Source of the DNA: Vermamoeba vermiformis
Lineage: Eukaryota
Direction of reading: 5' to 3'
Length of the DNA stretch: 64,000 nucleotides
Assembly (NCBI GenBank): GCA_045837725.1
Contig: JBEWZL010000006.1
Span: forward strand, 1 to 64,000
This document shows positions 39,527 to 50,477 of the stretch, piece after piece; position 1 is the first letter of the stretch; each line of letters starts with the position of its first letter. The translations under genes were made by a program, and so were the position numbers. The notes beneath the pieces were generated by a model. The model was not told where the DNA came from and did no database searches. It saw only the letters and a program-made list of their open reading frames with translations.

Positions 39527-42500
39527 ATGCGCAAGGCTCCAGCTACTTTGACGGATCACGCCGTTCGAGCCGTGGTTCGACAAGTCCCTGTAATTATTAA
39601 CGAAGAGCTTAGAAGTCTACCTAAAGAACTACGAGATAAATTATGGCTTTACATCGTGCACAGCTTCGATCCGATCCCGAAAGAAGTTATCAAGTGAGGA
39701 AATTTAATTTGCAAATAATTCTAAAATTATTAAATGACCATTATATTAATTCCAGGTATTTCTATGACAATAATACACGAGAGATCGAATTTACCGGCCA
39801 CATAGACTCGAACATCACTCAAACAATTTTGGAAAACGTAGATCTAACGAAAGTAGCCCAAATTCAATTCGGGTTTTGTAATATTACGAGTAAGCTATTA
39901 TATGATATATTTAAATACGTTAAATTGGATTAGTTTAACGAATGCACAATTTATCCGCCAGATCTATCCGAACAGAAAACTGATTTATTTTTCGTTAGGA
40001 AGGAGATGTAGATAAGATAATAAGCGAATGTTGTAATATAAGGTCCCTTATTGTGGATAAATATGCCGCCAAGCTATTTGGAAACAGCGATCTCCAGTCA
40101 AGTAAGAGATCTCGCAAAATTTTGAAAAATTAAATCCTCCGCTTATTCATACTGTCGTATTAATCTTGTCATATTAAATAGGTGCTACTAAGCTGACTAA
40201 TCTTAGGCGGCTAAAAATAGTCTCGTGCTCAACGCTCGAAGACAGATTTTTAGACAAACTGGCGGACAGCAGTCCAAATTTGGAAAAAATCGTACGTATA
40301 ATCATCTATAGTATCCTTAATATAGCTCGAGTACTAACATATATTGGTTTTAATCTTGTCATATCAAGTCTCTCACAGGTAATTCGGTACCGATCACTTT
40401 TTAGATCCGCGTTATTAGCACAAAGAAGATAACTCTCCTATTATATTATTAATATATTAATGGTATTTTTCTTATTATAGGCTGTGATAACCTATCCGGA
40501 GTTAGTTTTTATGTCCTAACGAAGAAGTTGCAATTCTTGACGCACCTAAAGTTAGCCAAGTGTCAAATGGCGATATCACCGTCACTGTTCAGTGAAGGGG
40601 TTAAATCTTTAGCCAAATTTGGAAGGATCAGGTCGCTGAAATTACCCGACAACAAATTGACGATGATCCCGGACGAAATGTGCTTGCTTCGTTCACTGAA
40701 AAAATTAGGTACGTAAAACTATTATCTCGGGTTCATATCGAAATATTTCCATAAAAGGAAATATTACAAAAGCTCAAAATAACAGCGAAACATTTGTTAA
40801 TTTTTTCACACCGGGACTTACTTTTATTACTACAATTAGATCTGTCTCAAAATAGCATCTCGGAGATTCCGCAGTCTCTCGGACAATTAGTTTCACTGAA
40901 ACGAGTCTATTTGTCCTTCAACGACCTGCCAATCGGAAATGACTTCGACTTCAGTCGGTGGAAGAATTTAAAAGAATTGGACCTGAGCCTGAACTACGGC
41001 TCCATCAATCTGCACACGGAATTTCCCGAGTCATTAGAGCTACTGTCACTAAGGGTAACCATTGCAACTATTTTTCTCATTCGTACATCAAACTTACGGT
41101 ATTTCCTTTTTTAGAATAACAAAATCATCGATTGGCCGCGGTGTCTGTTCAACTTGACGAACTTAACGACACTAAATTTGGGCAAGTGTTCGATTGCTGG
41201 GGTAAGTCGCAGTTTGACACCTGTCAGATCCTTCAATTTTTCACGGTCATTCACCGGTCTAATAACTCATCAATATTTGTCTTATTACACTTTTCATGAG
41301 TTTTTCTCACTTTCCTTATTTAGGCATTGCCTTCAGGCTTCACTACATTCGCCAAATTAACTTCACTATCTCTGTTCGAAAACGAGTTCGAATTCGATGC
41401 TGACTTTGATTTCAACAAGTTGTCTAATCTCAGAAACCTGCACATGTTTGATAACAAGTACGCGCATGCTATTATAATGACTTGAACAGCTCCCTAGTCT
41501 AACCTAACCTTTACTTATTCAGAATGTTGACCTCACTGCCGAGCTCGTTCAAGAAATTAGAGAAACTAACCACGCTGGGCCTTCTAAAAACGAGGTAAGT
41601 CTAGAAACACTGCCGTAGATTTGCAAACAACATAACCGGATCCATTTTTTTACGTTTGGAATGGAGTCTAAAAACTTATTATTACGTTGACCGATAGTAA
41701 TGATATAATACGATACTAATATGTAATGATATAATACGATACTAATATGGTTGTATTTAGGTTCGATACGATACCGCTGGAAATTTGTGCGTTGTCAAGT
41801 GTGCAGAGGATGTACATTGGCGTCAATAATCTCACGACACTAAGACCTGAAATCAGCGGCATGTCTGCGCTGTAAGTAGTAGCCGGCAAGCCCTTATTAC
41901 TATAAATGGAAATCTCATATGATCTATATTTAGGTCCCTGCTAGCAGCCGATCAAAACCGCATCATGAGCTTACCACAAACTATGACCCAATTGAAGCAC
42001 TTATTGTCGATATCAATGATTCATAACGAACTCGGCAAAAATAGCGATCTCAACTCGGAGATTATCTGCAGAATTCCTTTTTTGGAAATCGCTCGATTGA
42101 GGTTCAATAATTTTACCTCGTTCAAGGTGCCAGCCGATAAATTCTACGAGTCCTTGACAGATCTCGATATTAGTGTAAGTTATTTCCTAATTAGTAATAC
42201 TGCCTAATATGGAAATAACTCTCGTTGGCAGGACAATGATTTGGAGACCTTGCCTGATAGTTTTTCAAACCTACGATCGTTGCGGCGTGTAGATATTTCG
42301 CGGAACCAATTCACGGGCATTCCAAGGCCAGTATTCGACTTGCCTAATTTGGTAGAGTTATTAGCGGAAGAAAATAGCATAACAAAAGTTCCGAGCGAGA
42401 TCGGGCAATTAACTGGTCTTAGAGTAAGTTGGATCCGCATGTGCGTTAAAACCAAGCCTAATCTTTGCTTATTAGATGCTACATCTATCGTTTAATATGA

Positions 42501-42628
42501 TCAATAGTGTCGCTGAAGAGCTAGTTAAATTGACGAGACTCGATGATTTGAGAATACATCCGCTCTACTTGGATCTGACGACCTCACGCGAAGATTTACA
42601 GCACTTACTGCATCGAACAACTGCATAA
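39527..42628 (+). CDS. Leucine-rich-repeat protein with an N-terminal BC-box/cullin-box-like motif, about 15 exons
   Basis: The N-terminus is PATLTDHAVRAV...LRSLPKELRDKLW. RNI-like repeats are followed by typical LRRs (LDLSQNSISEIPQSLGQLVSL, NDLETLPDSFSNLRSLRRVDISRNQF). Stop is TAA at 42626-42628. Confidence 0.85.
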
Positions 42629-42755
42629 TAAATGTATAATACTCATTAAGCCGCTAAAGCACAAAAGACGATGACTAAGCTAAAGGAAGAACGACTCTTT
42701 TAAGAAAAAGTATGCGCCGAGTTTATTTAACATTCAGCTACTATGAAAGAAAGGC

Positions 42756-43448
42756 TTAGAACGCTCCACCACGCAAGCGAAGGACCAAGTGGAGAGTGCT
42801 ATCCTTCTGCACGTTGTAGTCGGAGAGAGTGCGACCGTCTTCGAGTTGTTTGCCAGCGAAGATTAAGCGTTGTTGATCGCCAGGAATGCCTTCTTTATCA
42901 TGGATCTTTTGCTTGATTTGCTCAACAGTGTCGCTTGCCTCGACGTCCAAAGTGATGGTCTTGCCAGTGAGGGTCTTGACGAAGATCTGCATACCACCAC
43001 GCAAGCGAAGGACCAAGTGTAAAGTGCTATCCTTCTGCACGTTGTAGTCGGAGAGAGTGCGACCTTCTTCGAGTTGTTTGCCAGCGAAGATTAAGCGCTG
43101 TTGATCACCGGGAATGCCTTCTTTATCATGAATCTTCTGTTTGATCTGCTCAACAGTGTCGCTGGCCTCAACGTCCAAAGTGATTGTCTTGCCAGTGAGG
43201 GTCTTGACGAAGATCTGCATGCCACCACGCAAACGAAGGACCAAGTGAAGGGTGTTGTCCTTTTGGATATTGTAATCGGAGAGAGTTCTGCCATCCTCCA
43301 ACTGCTTGCCGGCAAAAATTAAGCGTTGCTGGTCTCCCGGAATGCCTTCTTTATCGTGAATCTTCTGCTTGATTTGCTCAACAGTGTCGCTGGCCTCGAC
43401 ATCCAAAGTAATAGTGCGTCCAGTAAGTGTTTTAACGAAAATCTGTAT
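42756..43448 (-). CDS. Divergent polyubiquitin (3 x 76 aa + AF); first codon is ATA
   Basis: 693 bp equals three ubiquitin units ending LRLRGG, plus AF and a stop. Unit 1 begins ATA CAG ATT TTC GTT AAA. Confidence 0.92.
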   Translation of the reverse strand: MQIFVKTLTGRTITLDVEASDTVEQIKQKIHDKEGIPGDQQRLIFAGKQLEDGRTLSDYNIQKDNTLHLVLRLRGGMQIFVKTLTGKTITLDVEASDTVEQIKQKIHDKEGIPGDQQRLIFAGKQLEEGRTLSDYNVQKDSTLHLVLRLRGGMQIFVKTLTGKTITLDVEASDTVEQIKQKIHDKEGIPGDQQRLIFAGKQLEDGRTLSDYNVQKDSTLHLVLRLRGGAF

Positions 43449-44320
43449 TTTTTTGTTTGTTCTTGTTCGCTTGTGTTGTTGTTTGGTTGTTGTTATTGAA
43501 ATGTTCGTCGTTCTCGAGAATATTTATCTTTTCGCCGGTCAAACTTTGGTCAAAGACCTCGTGATTTCTTCGAACACAAGGCATGTGATGAAGACGTTGA
43601 CTGCATAGCATGAAACGTATTAGAACGAACATCCCGATATGCTTCAGATATTTTGGCAGTAATCCGAACTGGAAGTGCAAGTCTTGGATGCGAGAGCTGC
43701 GCAGGAGGGCTTTCGAAGCAGATAGTCAAGGTAGATTCTTCGGTCAGCCACAGAGCCACTGTTCGTCTATTGAATGCTCACAGGTGATAGCTACGGGCCT
43801 TGGTGCGCTCGAGACCAAAGACTTTGACTAAGTTTGACCGACCCGAAAACAAGCTGTGGAGTGGCCCTTTTGAGGCCAGCGTCGTACTATACACGAAGTA
43901 ATTAAGTGTGATACCGTCTTGGTATTGGCAAGAGCGTACAAAGTCTTACGTACTGGTCTTACTCCGGGTGCATCCGCTTGTAGTCGCCCAGCTGAGGAAA
44001 TGGTTCTGAAAAGCTTTAAACTCTGCTTTAAACAGTTTTAGGAACGTTTGAACTTCGTTAGGCACTCGAATGATAGCAGTAATACTTCTCAGAAAATTTG
44101 AGATCCGACCAAGAATGGCCATCGGTAGTACTCAAAATCCGAGCACTCAACTCCGCTTATGATGTAACACGAATGAAGTGGCTATTGGCTTAAAGACTGG
44201 AAAATTCAACGTGAGGTTGGGGTTGTACCGGTTAATCATAAACATCCGCCCACGCCGAAGGAGCTTGTTTCTTACACCAATAGATAACAACAAAAACACT
44301 TTTATTCAGTCTTTCAAAAC

Positions 44321-47300
44321 TTAGAAGAGCGACAACAATTCATCAGCAAGTTCTTTTGTCTTTTGTGTGGTTTTCTTTGAAATGGTCACAGCGAGGGTCA
44401 AGTCCTTAGCCAAGCTCATGCATTGACCGTCATCAAAAATCTAATAAGAAGTCATTAGTGCCATGCCATATAAAATAGCCTTAGCTCATTTTTCTTACCA
44501 AGTTGCCCAAGGCAGCAAATGCACGATGAACGGCGTCTTCGTTTTGAGTGCCGTTCAAGAACTGAAGAATCGATTAGTAACCGCACATTAGACCTACTTT
44601 TATACTAAGCCCTTACCTCGTGAATGATAGCGACAGCTTGCACTTTAGCATGAGTGGCGTTCTGAGCACGGAACAAGATAGTATAGCTAAAAAATAGAAT
44701 TAGAAACGTGCCTTACGAATCGTCAGATCCAGATCCGAGCACTTACTTTAACAACAAGGTCGCAACTGCCACGCTCAAATTGTCCTTGCCGGCCCATTCA
44801 GTAGTAATGCAACTCAACAACTAGACAAGAGTTAGCACGGTTATTTCCTTATTAGGCAATAGTATGAAGACTACGTACTCTATCGCTGTATTGAAGCAAG
44901 AACTCGCGGAAAAAGTCCCAGCGGAACAAATTAGCGAAGAATCTGACGACCATCAATTGGTTGGGTCCCGGGGCAGTTCTGTTGCCGTGTTGAACCAACA
45001 ACTGGCCCAATGTGTCACGCATTGAAGGGTCGTTCAAAATCTTCGCGGCGCTTTGGTTCAACGCCAACAATCTCAACACATCGATAACTAGGGCGAAATT
45101 TCGTTAGCCGTGAAGTTTTGGTGAACGTGCGAAAGACTTACGAGGGAAGGTCTTGTCGTTAGGGAATTGACCCAACAACTTGAAGACAAAGTTCAACTCG
45201 TCAGCGGTGACTTGACCGTCCTTGAGCTTGTTGATCACAGAGTCGAGGTGAGCCATTTCTGATTCAGGAACGCCTTGGCCCTATCGCACAACATATCAGT
45301 CAACGCTCGGTCAATGAAATAACCTTTTAACACTTACAACTGCGAGCAACTCGGTGTTAATTTGTTTAATCTTAGTCAAGATAGCGGCAGGGTTGGCAGC
45401 CTCGAAGAAGACGTATTGGGTCTGCAAATGACAAGATTTAATCACGTGTCACGAAATTTCACAAATGTCAACTTACGTGAGGAATGAGTTTCAGAGAAAC
45501 ATTGCGATAAGCAGGAGGAATATATCTGCTATCTGAACACGTGATTAGTAAAGAGGTCACGGGAATTACTAAATAAGGCAAGTCAAGGATTGAATAGTGT
45601 ACGTACTAGTGAACGGAATGTCTTGCATCTGTTGCTGACCAATCTCAACAGGCTGAACAGTCTTCATAATAAATCGTGCAATTTCTTCGAGGTGATCTTG
45701 GTTGATCATTTCTTGGTGAATAAAGTTCTGTGCGGACAAATAAGGATTATCTCCGGCGTTGTGTCCTAATTTAGCCATTCTTCCGTCACCCAAATCGACA
45801 TCGAGAACTATTGGCATTTTAAAACAAAATTAGTTCACTCCTTCCAAAAAAGGAAAATTCCGTAGGAAAGCACGTGGAAAGCACTTACCATAATCGTAGC
45901 TCTTGCCGTTCAATTGCTTTTTACTGCCAGGTTTGTCGGCAGCATCGACAATATCGCCGAACTGTCCCACATGTTAATCACGTGCTCTAATGACCATAAA
46001 TAGCAAGTACGACTTACCTTGACCCAACGTTGACCAACACCGTCCCAGTGATACAACTCAGCAGTGTCGCCGTTACGAACCATTTTGTGTTCACCTTCAC
46101 GAGTGCCAGGAACGCCCAAAGCTTCGTGACCGGGCAGCTGGTCTAACTTCAAATCACCGACAGCGCCGGTCGCGTGCTTGGGAATGACACGTTGTGACAA
46201 TTGTTTCTCGTAGGCCAACAATTCAGAGTCGGGAAGTGATCTGAAAACAATACTGTTAGCACGTCCCTGGCTCAATTAATTGACTTGAACATACCTTGAA
46301 GGGTCCTTAGTCCAGACACGAGCAACACTGTCTTGGCAACCACTTGACAAACAGACCGTTAGTTCAACTGCCAAAGGGCATCATATTGTGACAAGTACTT
46401 ACGAAACAACGTCTCCATTGTCCAACACAGCAACGCTCCAAACACCAGTCGGGTGCATCAACACTTGCACACTTTGGCTGTCTGTATAATGTGTTAATAA
46501 TAGTGCGATTTTGCCTCGTGTAATTAACTCGACGTACCCTTCCAGACGCGGACAGTGCTGTCCTCACTAGCGCTGATAAGTGTGTGGTCATGGTGGTTGT
46601 ACACTGTTTGAAACACAAAGTTCTCGTGACCGTGCATCTCACTGATGCATTCGCCGTCGTAAGTCCACATGCAAATAGTGCTAAAAAGAGCTGTTAATAT
46701 CAATGCTATAGGTCCTATATTCATTATAGTCCTTACTAATCGTTCGAGCACGAGACGAATCCGAAGCCCGGAACTTCAGCCAAGCCACGAATGGTGTCTG
46801 TGTGCTTTTGCAGGGTCTTAATGCATTGACCTTCGGGAGTGAAAATTTTGATAGTTCGATCACCAGAGCCTAATATAGCGTTAGAATATATTCCATTTAA
46901 TGTACTAATTTGTTAAAATATGAATTATTATGAGGCTTACCGGTGACGATGTTTCCATTAGGCAAACACAATACACCCCACACAGGGGCAGTGTGGCCTG
47001 ACAGCACTTTAATGCACTTGCCACCGCGCCAAATACGGGCAGTACTATTTATAGAAATAAATATTAGCAAAGGTTGATTCATCGTTGGAAAGACGTACTT
47101 GTCAACAGATCCAGAAACAATGTCAAAGTTGGGCATAATGGAGAAGCACAGGACTGCATCTTCGTGTCCTAATATGGTAATATTTAGCGCTGTTCATGAA
47201 CTGATTTTTCGTCGCCGGATCTAGCCTTACCAATTAACGTCATCGAAGGCTCATGACCACCTTCCAAATCCCAAATAAGAATCATCTTGTCATATCCTCC

Positions 47301-47874
47301 GGATACAATAGCACCAGCTGTATATACCGGATGACCGGGCTTAATATAAGCAATAGCTCCAACACCAGCGCGAGATCGAGTTTGCTGTTAGGCGAAAAAT
47401 TAGTTTTTGAAATTTGGAGTAATTTAAATTGCATGCAACAATAAATATAATATTTTAATGGATGATTATGAACGAAATTGACCACAAACAGCGTTAGATC
47501 TGGAAAGGAAAAATATTGAAAAAAAATTCGTCAAAATTCAAAGACTAAATTTAATGAACAACAGATCGTCATAAAATAGCTTCGATGTTTATAAATATAT
47601 ACCTGATGACCAGATAAAATTTTTTGGGCTTCATAGGCACCGTTTACTTTGTGCCAAACTCGGATGGTAGCATCTCGTGAACAAGTTGCAAATCGATCAC
47701 CATCTAACGCACATACGCCTCTGATCTATATTTAAAATTTAATTATCAATATTTTGCAAAATTATTAGCGCTCGTTAATTTTCAAACGAGATTGACTGGC
47801 AAAGACTTACGTCGGATTCGTGACCGAAGCATTCGGCAGCTAACTGATAATGATCCTTAACCTTGTTGTTGCAT
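44321..47874 (-). CDS. PLAA: Phospholipase A2-activating protein / Doa1-Ufd3 (WD40 + PFU + PUL)
   Basis: WD40 repeats include GHESD|VRG, TCSRDATIRVW, GHTAPVWGV, GHENFVF and HPTGVWSV. The PFU region is LDVDLGDG...DNPYLSAQNFI, and the PUL region is FP|IDVLRLL...HRAFAALGNL. There is an apparent +1 indel right after the ATG. Confidence 0.92.
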
Positions 47875-48028
47875 TCTTGATAGAATTGAGTACTAAATTG
47901 AACAGAACAAATTTTTGTCAGATGTTGACCTGGTCAATATTTTTTCACAAACGAAAAAGCCCCGTTTCTTTTTATTTTACTTTGAATGAGCACCATATTG
48001 CTATTTCAATAAGTTTCAGTACTCCCAA
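47875..48028. promoter_or_regulatory. Putative bidirectional promoter PLAA / pseudokinase-GNAT copy 1
   Basis: Divergent start codons are about 154 bp apart. Confidence 0.55.
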
Positions 48029-50182
48029 ATGGATCGATATGAAACTGTCAAACCGTTGGGCAACGGAGATTCGTCATTGCTTGTTCAACGAAAGGCTGAT
48101 AATGAACTCTTCGTTTGCAAAAAAATTACATACTCGAGTATTGATGATGCAAATAGAGGTTTGCAAGGAGTAAGCATCAAAACTATAAATAACGACATAG
48201 CCAAAATTAATTTGTATTTATTTATTTTTCGTATTAGGCTCTCTCGTTAGCTCGATTTAGCAGTGAGTTTGTTACACATTATGAAGATATATTTTTTCAT
48301 ATTAGAGAAGATAATAGTAAGTTCTTTGATACGAAATTTTCAAAACTGTTCAATTAACTGCCGAAACACAATACTTACCGTCATATAATAGATTCTACTG
48401 TATTTGATTTAAATTTGGTAACTGAATATTGTTCTGCCGGATCCCTATGGAACAAGCTACTTAGCAAGCGAGATCGCGAAACTGACGTGCTGGATTTCGT
48501 CCCATTAGTCGTATGTCGCAAAATCAATGCTATTAGAATGACGTATGTTAAAATAATATCCTCAACATAGACAGCAGAGAAATGGATAGTCCAGCTTTGT
48601 AAAGGACTCAAATCCGTGCACCAGCTGAAAGTCGTTCATAGAGACTTGAAGAGCGAGAACATATTCCTCAACTCACACGATGATATTAAAATTGGTAAAT
48701 TCGGATTAGCAACCCTAACAAACACCGAGAAGGTAAGCTCAATAACACGTGCTGGGATCTAACTTGCTAACCCTGTGCTACAGAAAGAATCAACTTCACG
48801 GTTCTACACTGCACCGGAAATGATCAATACCGCCGAGTATAATATTAAAACAGATATATGGTCCCTCGGATGTGTCTTATTCGAGATCAGCACGAGTCGT
48901 TTGTTGCCAGTCGACAAGATCAATTTCAACGAGTTATTAAGTAAAGGAGGAAAAGACACCCTTATAGAAACAATAAGAAAATACTTTTCGAAGGTATTAA
49001 CACCTATATTGCTTATTTAATGAGGTACATTTACTTAACTGAAAATTTTCAGGATCGAGCGCATCTGCTTGCTCTCGTTGAATTTATATTAGAGCCCGAT
49101 GCAGCCAAGCGACCAGATATCGATCAAATTCTAGCCCACGAGTTCTTCAACAACTACAAGTTACAATCATTCAAGGCTAAGGAACTTCAAGCCCACAGTC
49201 TTGCGAAGATTGACGTTAACTTCCAAGACGGCATTGTGCGTCAACTGAACAAGAGTGATTTTGACGTGACATTAGACATGATGTCACAAGAACTCTTTAA
49301 CGAACCTAGAATGCGATTCTTATTCTCAAAGGATGACAACAAGCGAAGAAAGTTCACGAGAGTAAGTTACTCTAAAAATATCAAACGGCCTTAACCTTTA
49401 AACAATAGATTTTTCTCAACGCAATGTTGCAGTTGAATGCCCAGCGAGGTAACAATACATGGGGTCGTTTTGCCCCTGATGGGAAATTGCAGGTAAATAC
49501 CAAGTCAATCAACATCTCAGATGATGATATCGGTGCTGATTTTACATTAGGCCGCGGCAGCTTGGTTTCCTCCCGATCGTACTTTGCGACCCTCGGTGGC
49601 AACAATGGCAAAAGGTAATAATAATGATAATAGAGCCAATTATATATGGTCTTGATACTAACCTCGTGATAATGTCAGTGGGCTTTGAGAATCTAGGGGA
49701 CTTTCTGAAGATCGGGCCGAAAGTAGGCCTAAGAATTCGTGCTCTATTAGAAAATATACAAAAGATGATCGAGGCTGAATTCCCGGACAATTGTTGGATC
49801 TTGTTTTACGTCGCTGTGAGCAACCAGTTTCAAGGCAAGGGCATTGGCCGTCACTTACTCTCACATGTCCTAACAGGTATGTTTATACATCTACCCGGCA
49901 CTCCCTTCATAATGTATTAATATGGCTATAGTGGCTGATTATCATGGCCAAGACTGTGGTACGATTTGCTTCGATGGACACGGGGTTGAATTTTTCAATA
50001 AGCTCGGGTTCCAATTACACAAAATGATTCCAGTGCCACTCAAAAACATGCCTAATTGCCCGCCTTGTCAATTGTTAATTAGGAGAGCTCGAAATGATAT
50101 CGATCATTCGTTGACGCCTCAATCTTCGTCTGATAATTTAACTTCATCCAAAAAGAAGCGCCACTCGAAGAATGTGCTATAA
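48029..50182 (+). CDS. NEK-like pseudokinase fused to a C-terminal GNAT acetyltransferase, copy 1
   Basis: The kinase part has MDRYETVKPLG, FVCKKI, LVTEYCSAGSL, HRDLKSENIFL, IKIGKFG, YTAPE, TDIWSLGC and KRPDIDQILAHEFF. The same frame continues to AAAWFPP, WILFYVAVSNQFQGKGIGRHLL and VEFFNKLGF. Confidence 0.88.
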
Positions 50183-50477
50183 TCCGTGTATAATAAGTGA
50201 GTAAATAATTATTTATTTGTTTAGGTCGAAATTTAATATTCCGGTACACAAAACTTTTTCATGAATATTTTTGTTTACGGTCGGCAGAACACAAGTGTTA
50301 TGAAACCTCACTTTATTATTTATTTACACGTTAATCATTAAACAGATACACTTATTTTTTTGGACAGTGTCTTACGGCGGTGCATCGAAGGTTCCTAATG
50401 ACACCCTGCCAAATTTAGGAACAAAGTATACGACAACTTCAGACTTTAGTTAAAACATTATCGAACAAACAGCACCA

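Noticed and set aside
41697-41748. Perfect 26-bp tandem duplication in an LRR-gene intron
   Set aside because: There are only two copies and no spacers, so it is a simple slippage duplication and not a CRISPR array or element.
43432-43680. N-terminal extension fused to ubiquitin
   Set aside because: This ORF is in a different frame and stops inside unit 1, and the ubiquitin frame has an upstream stop.
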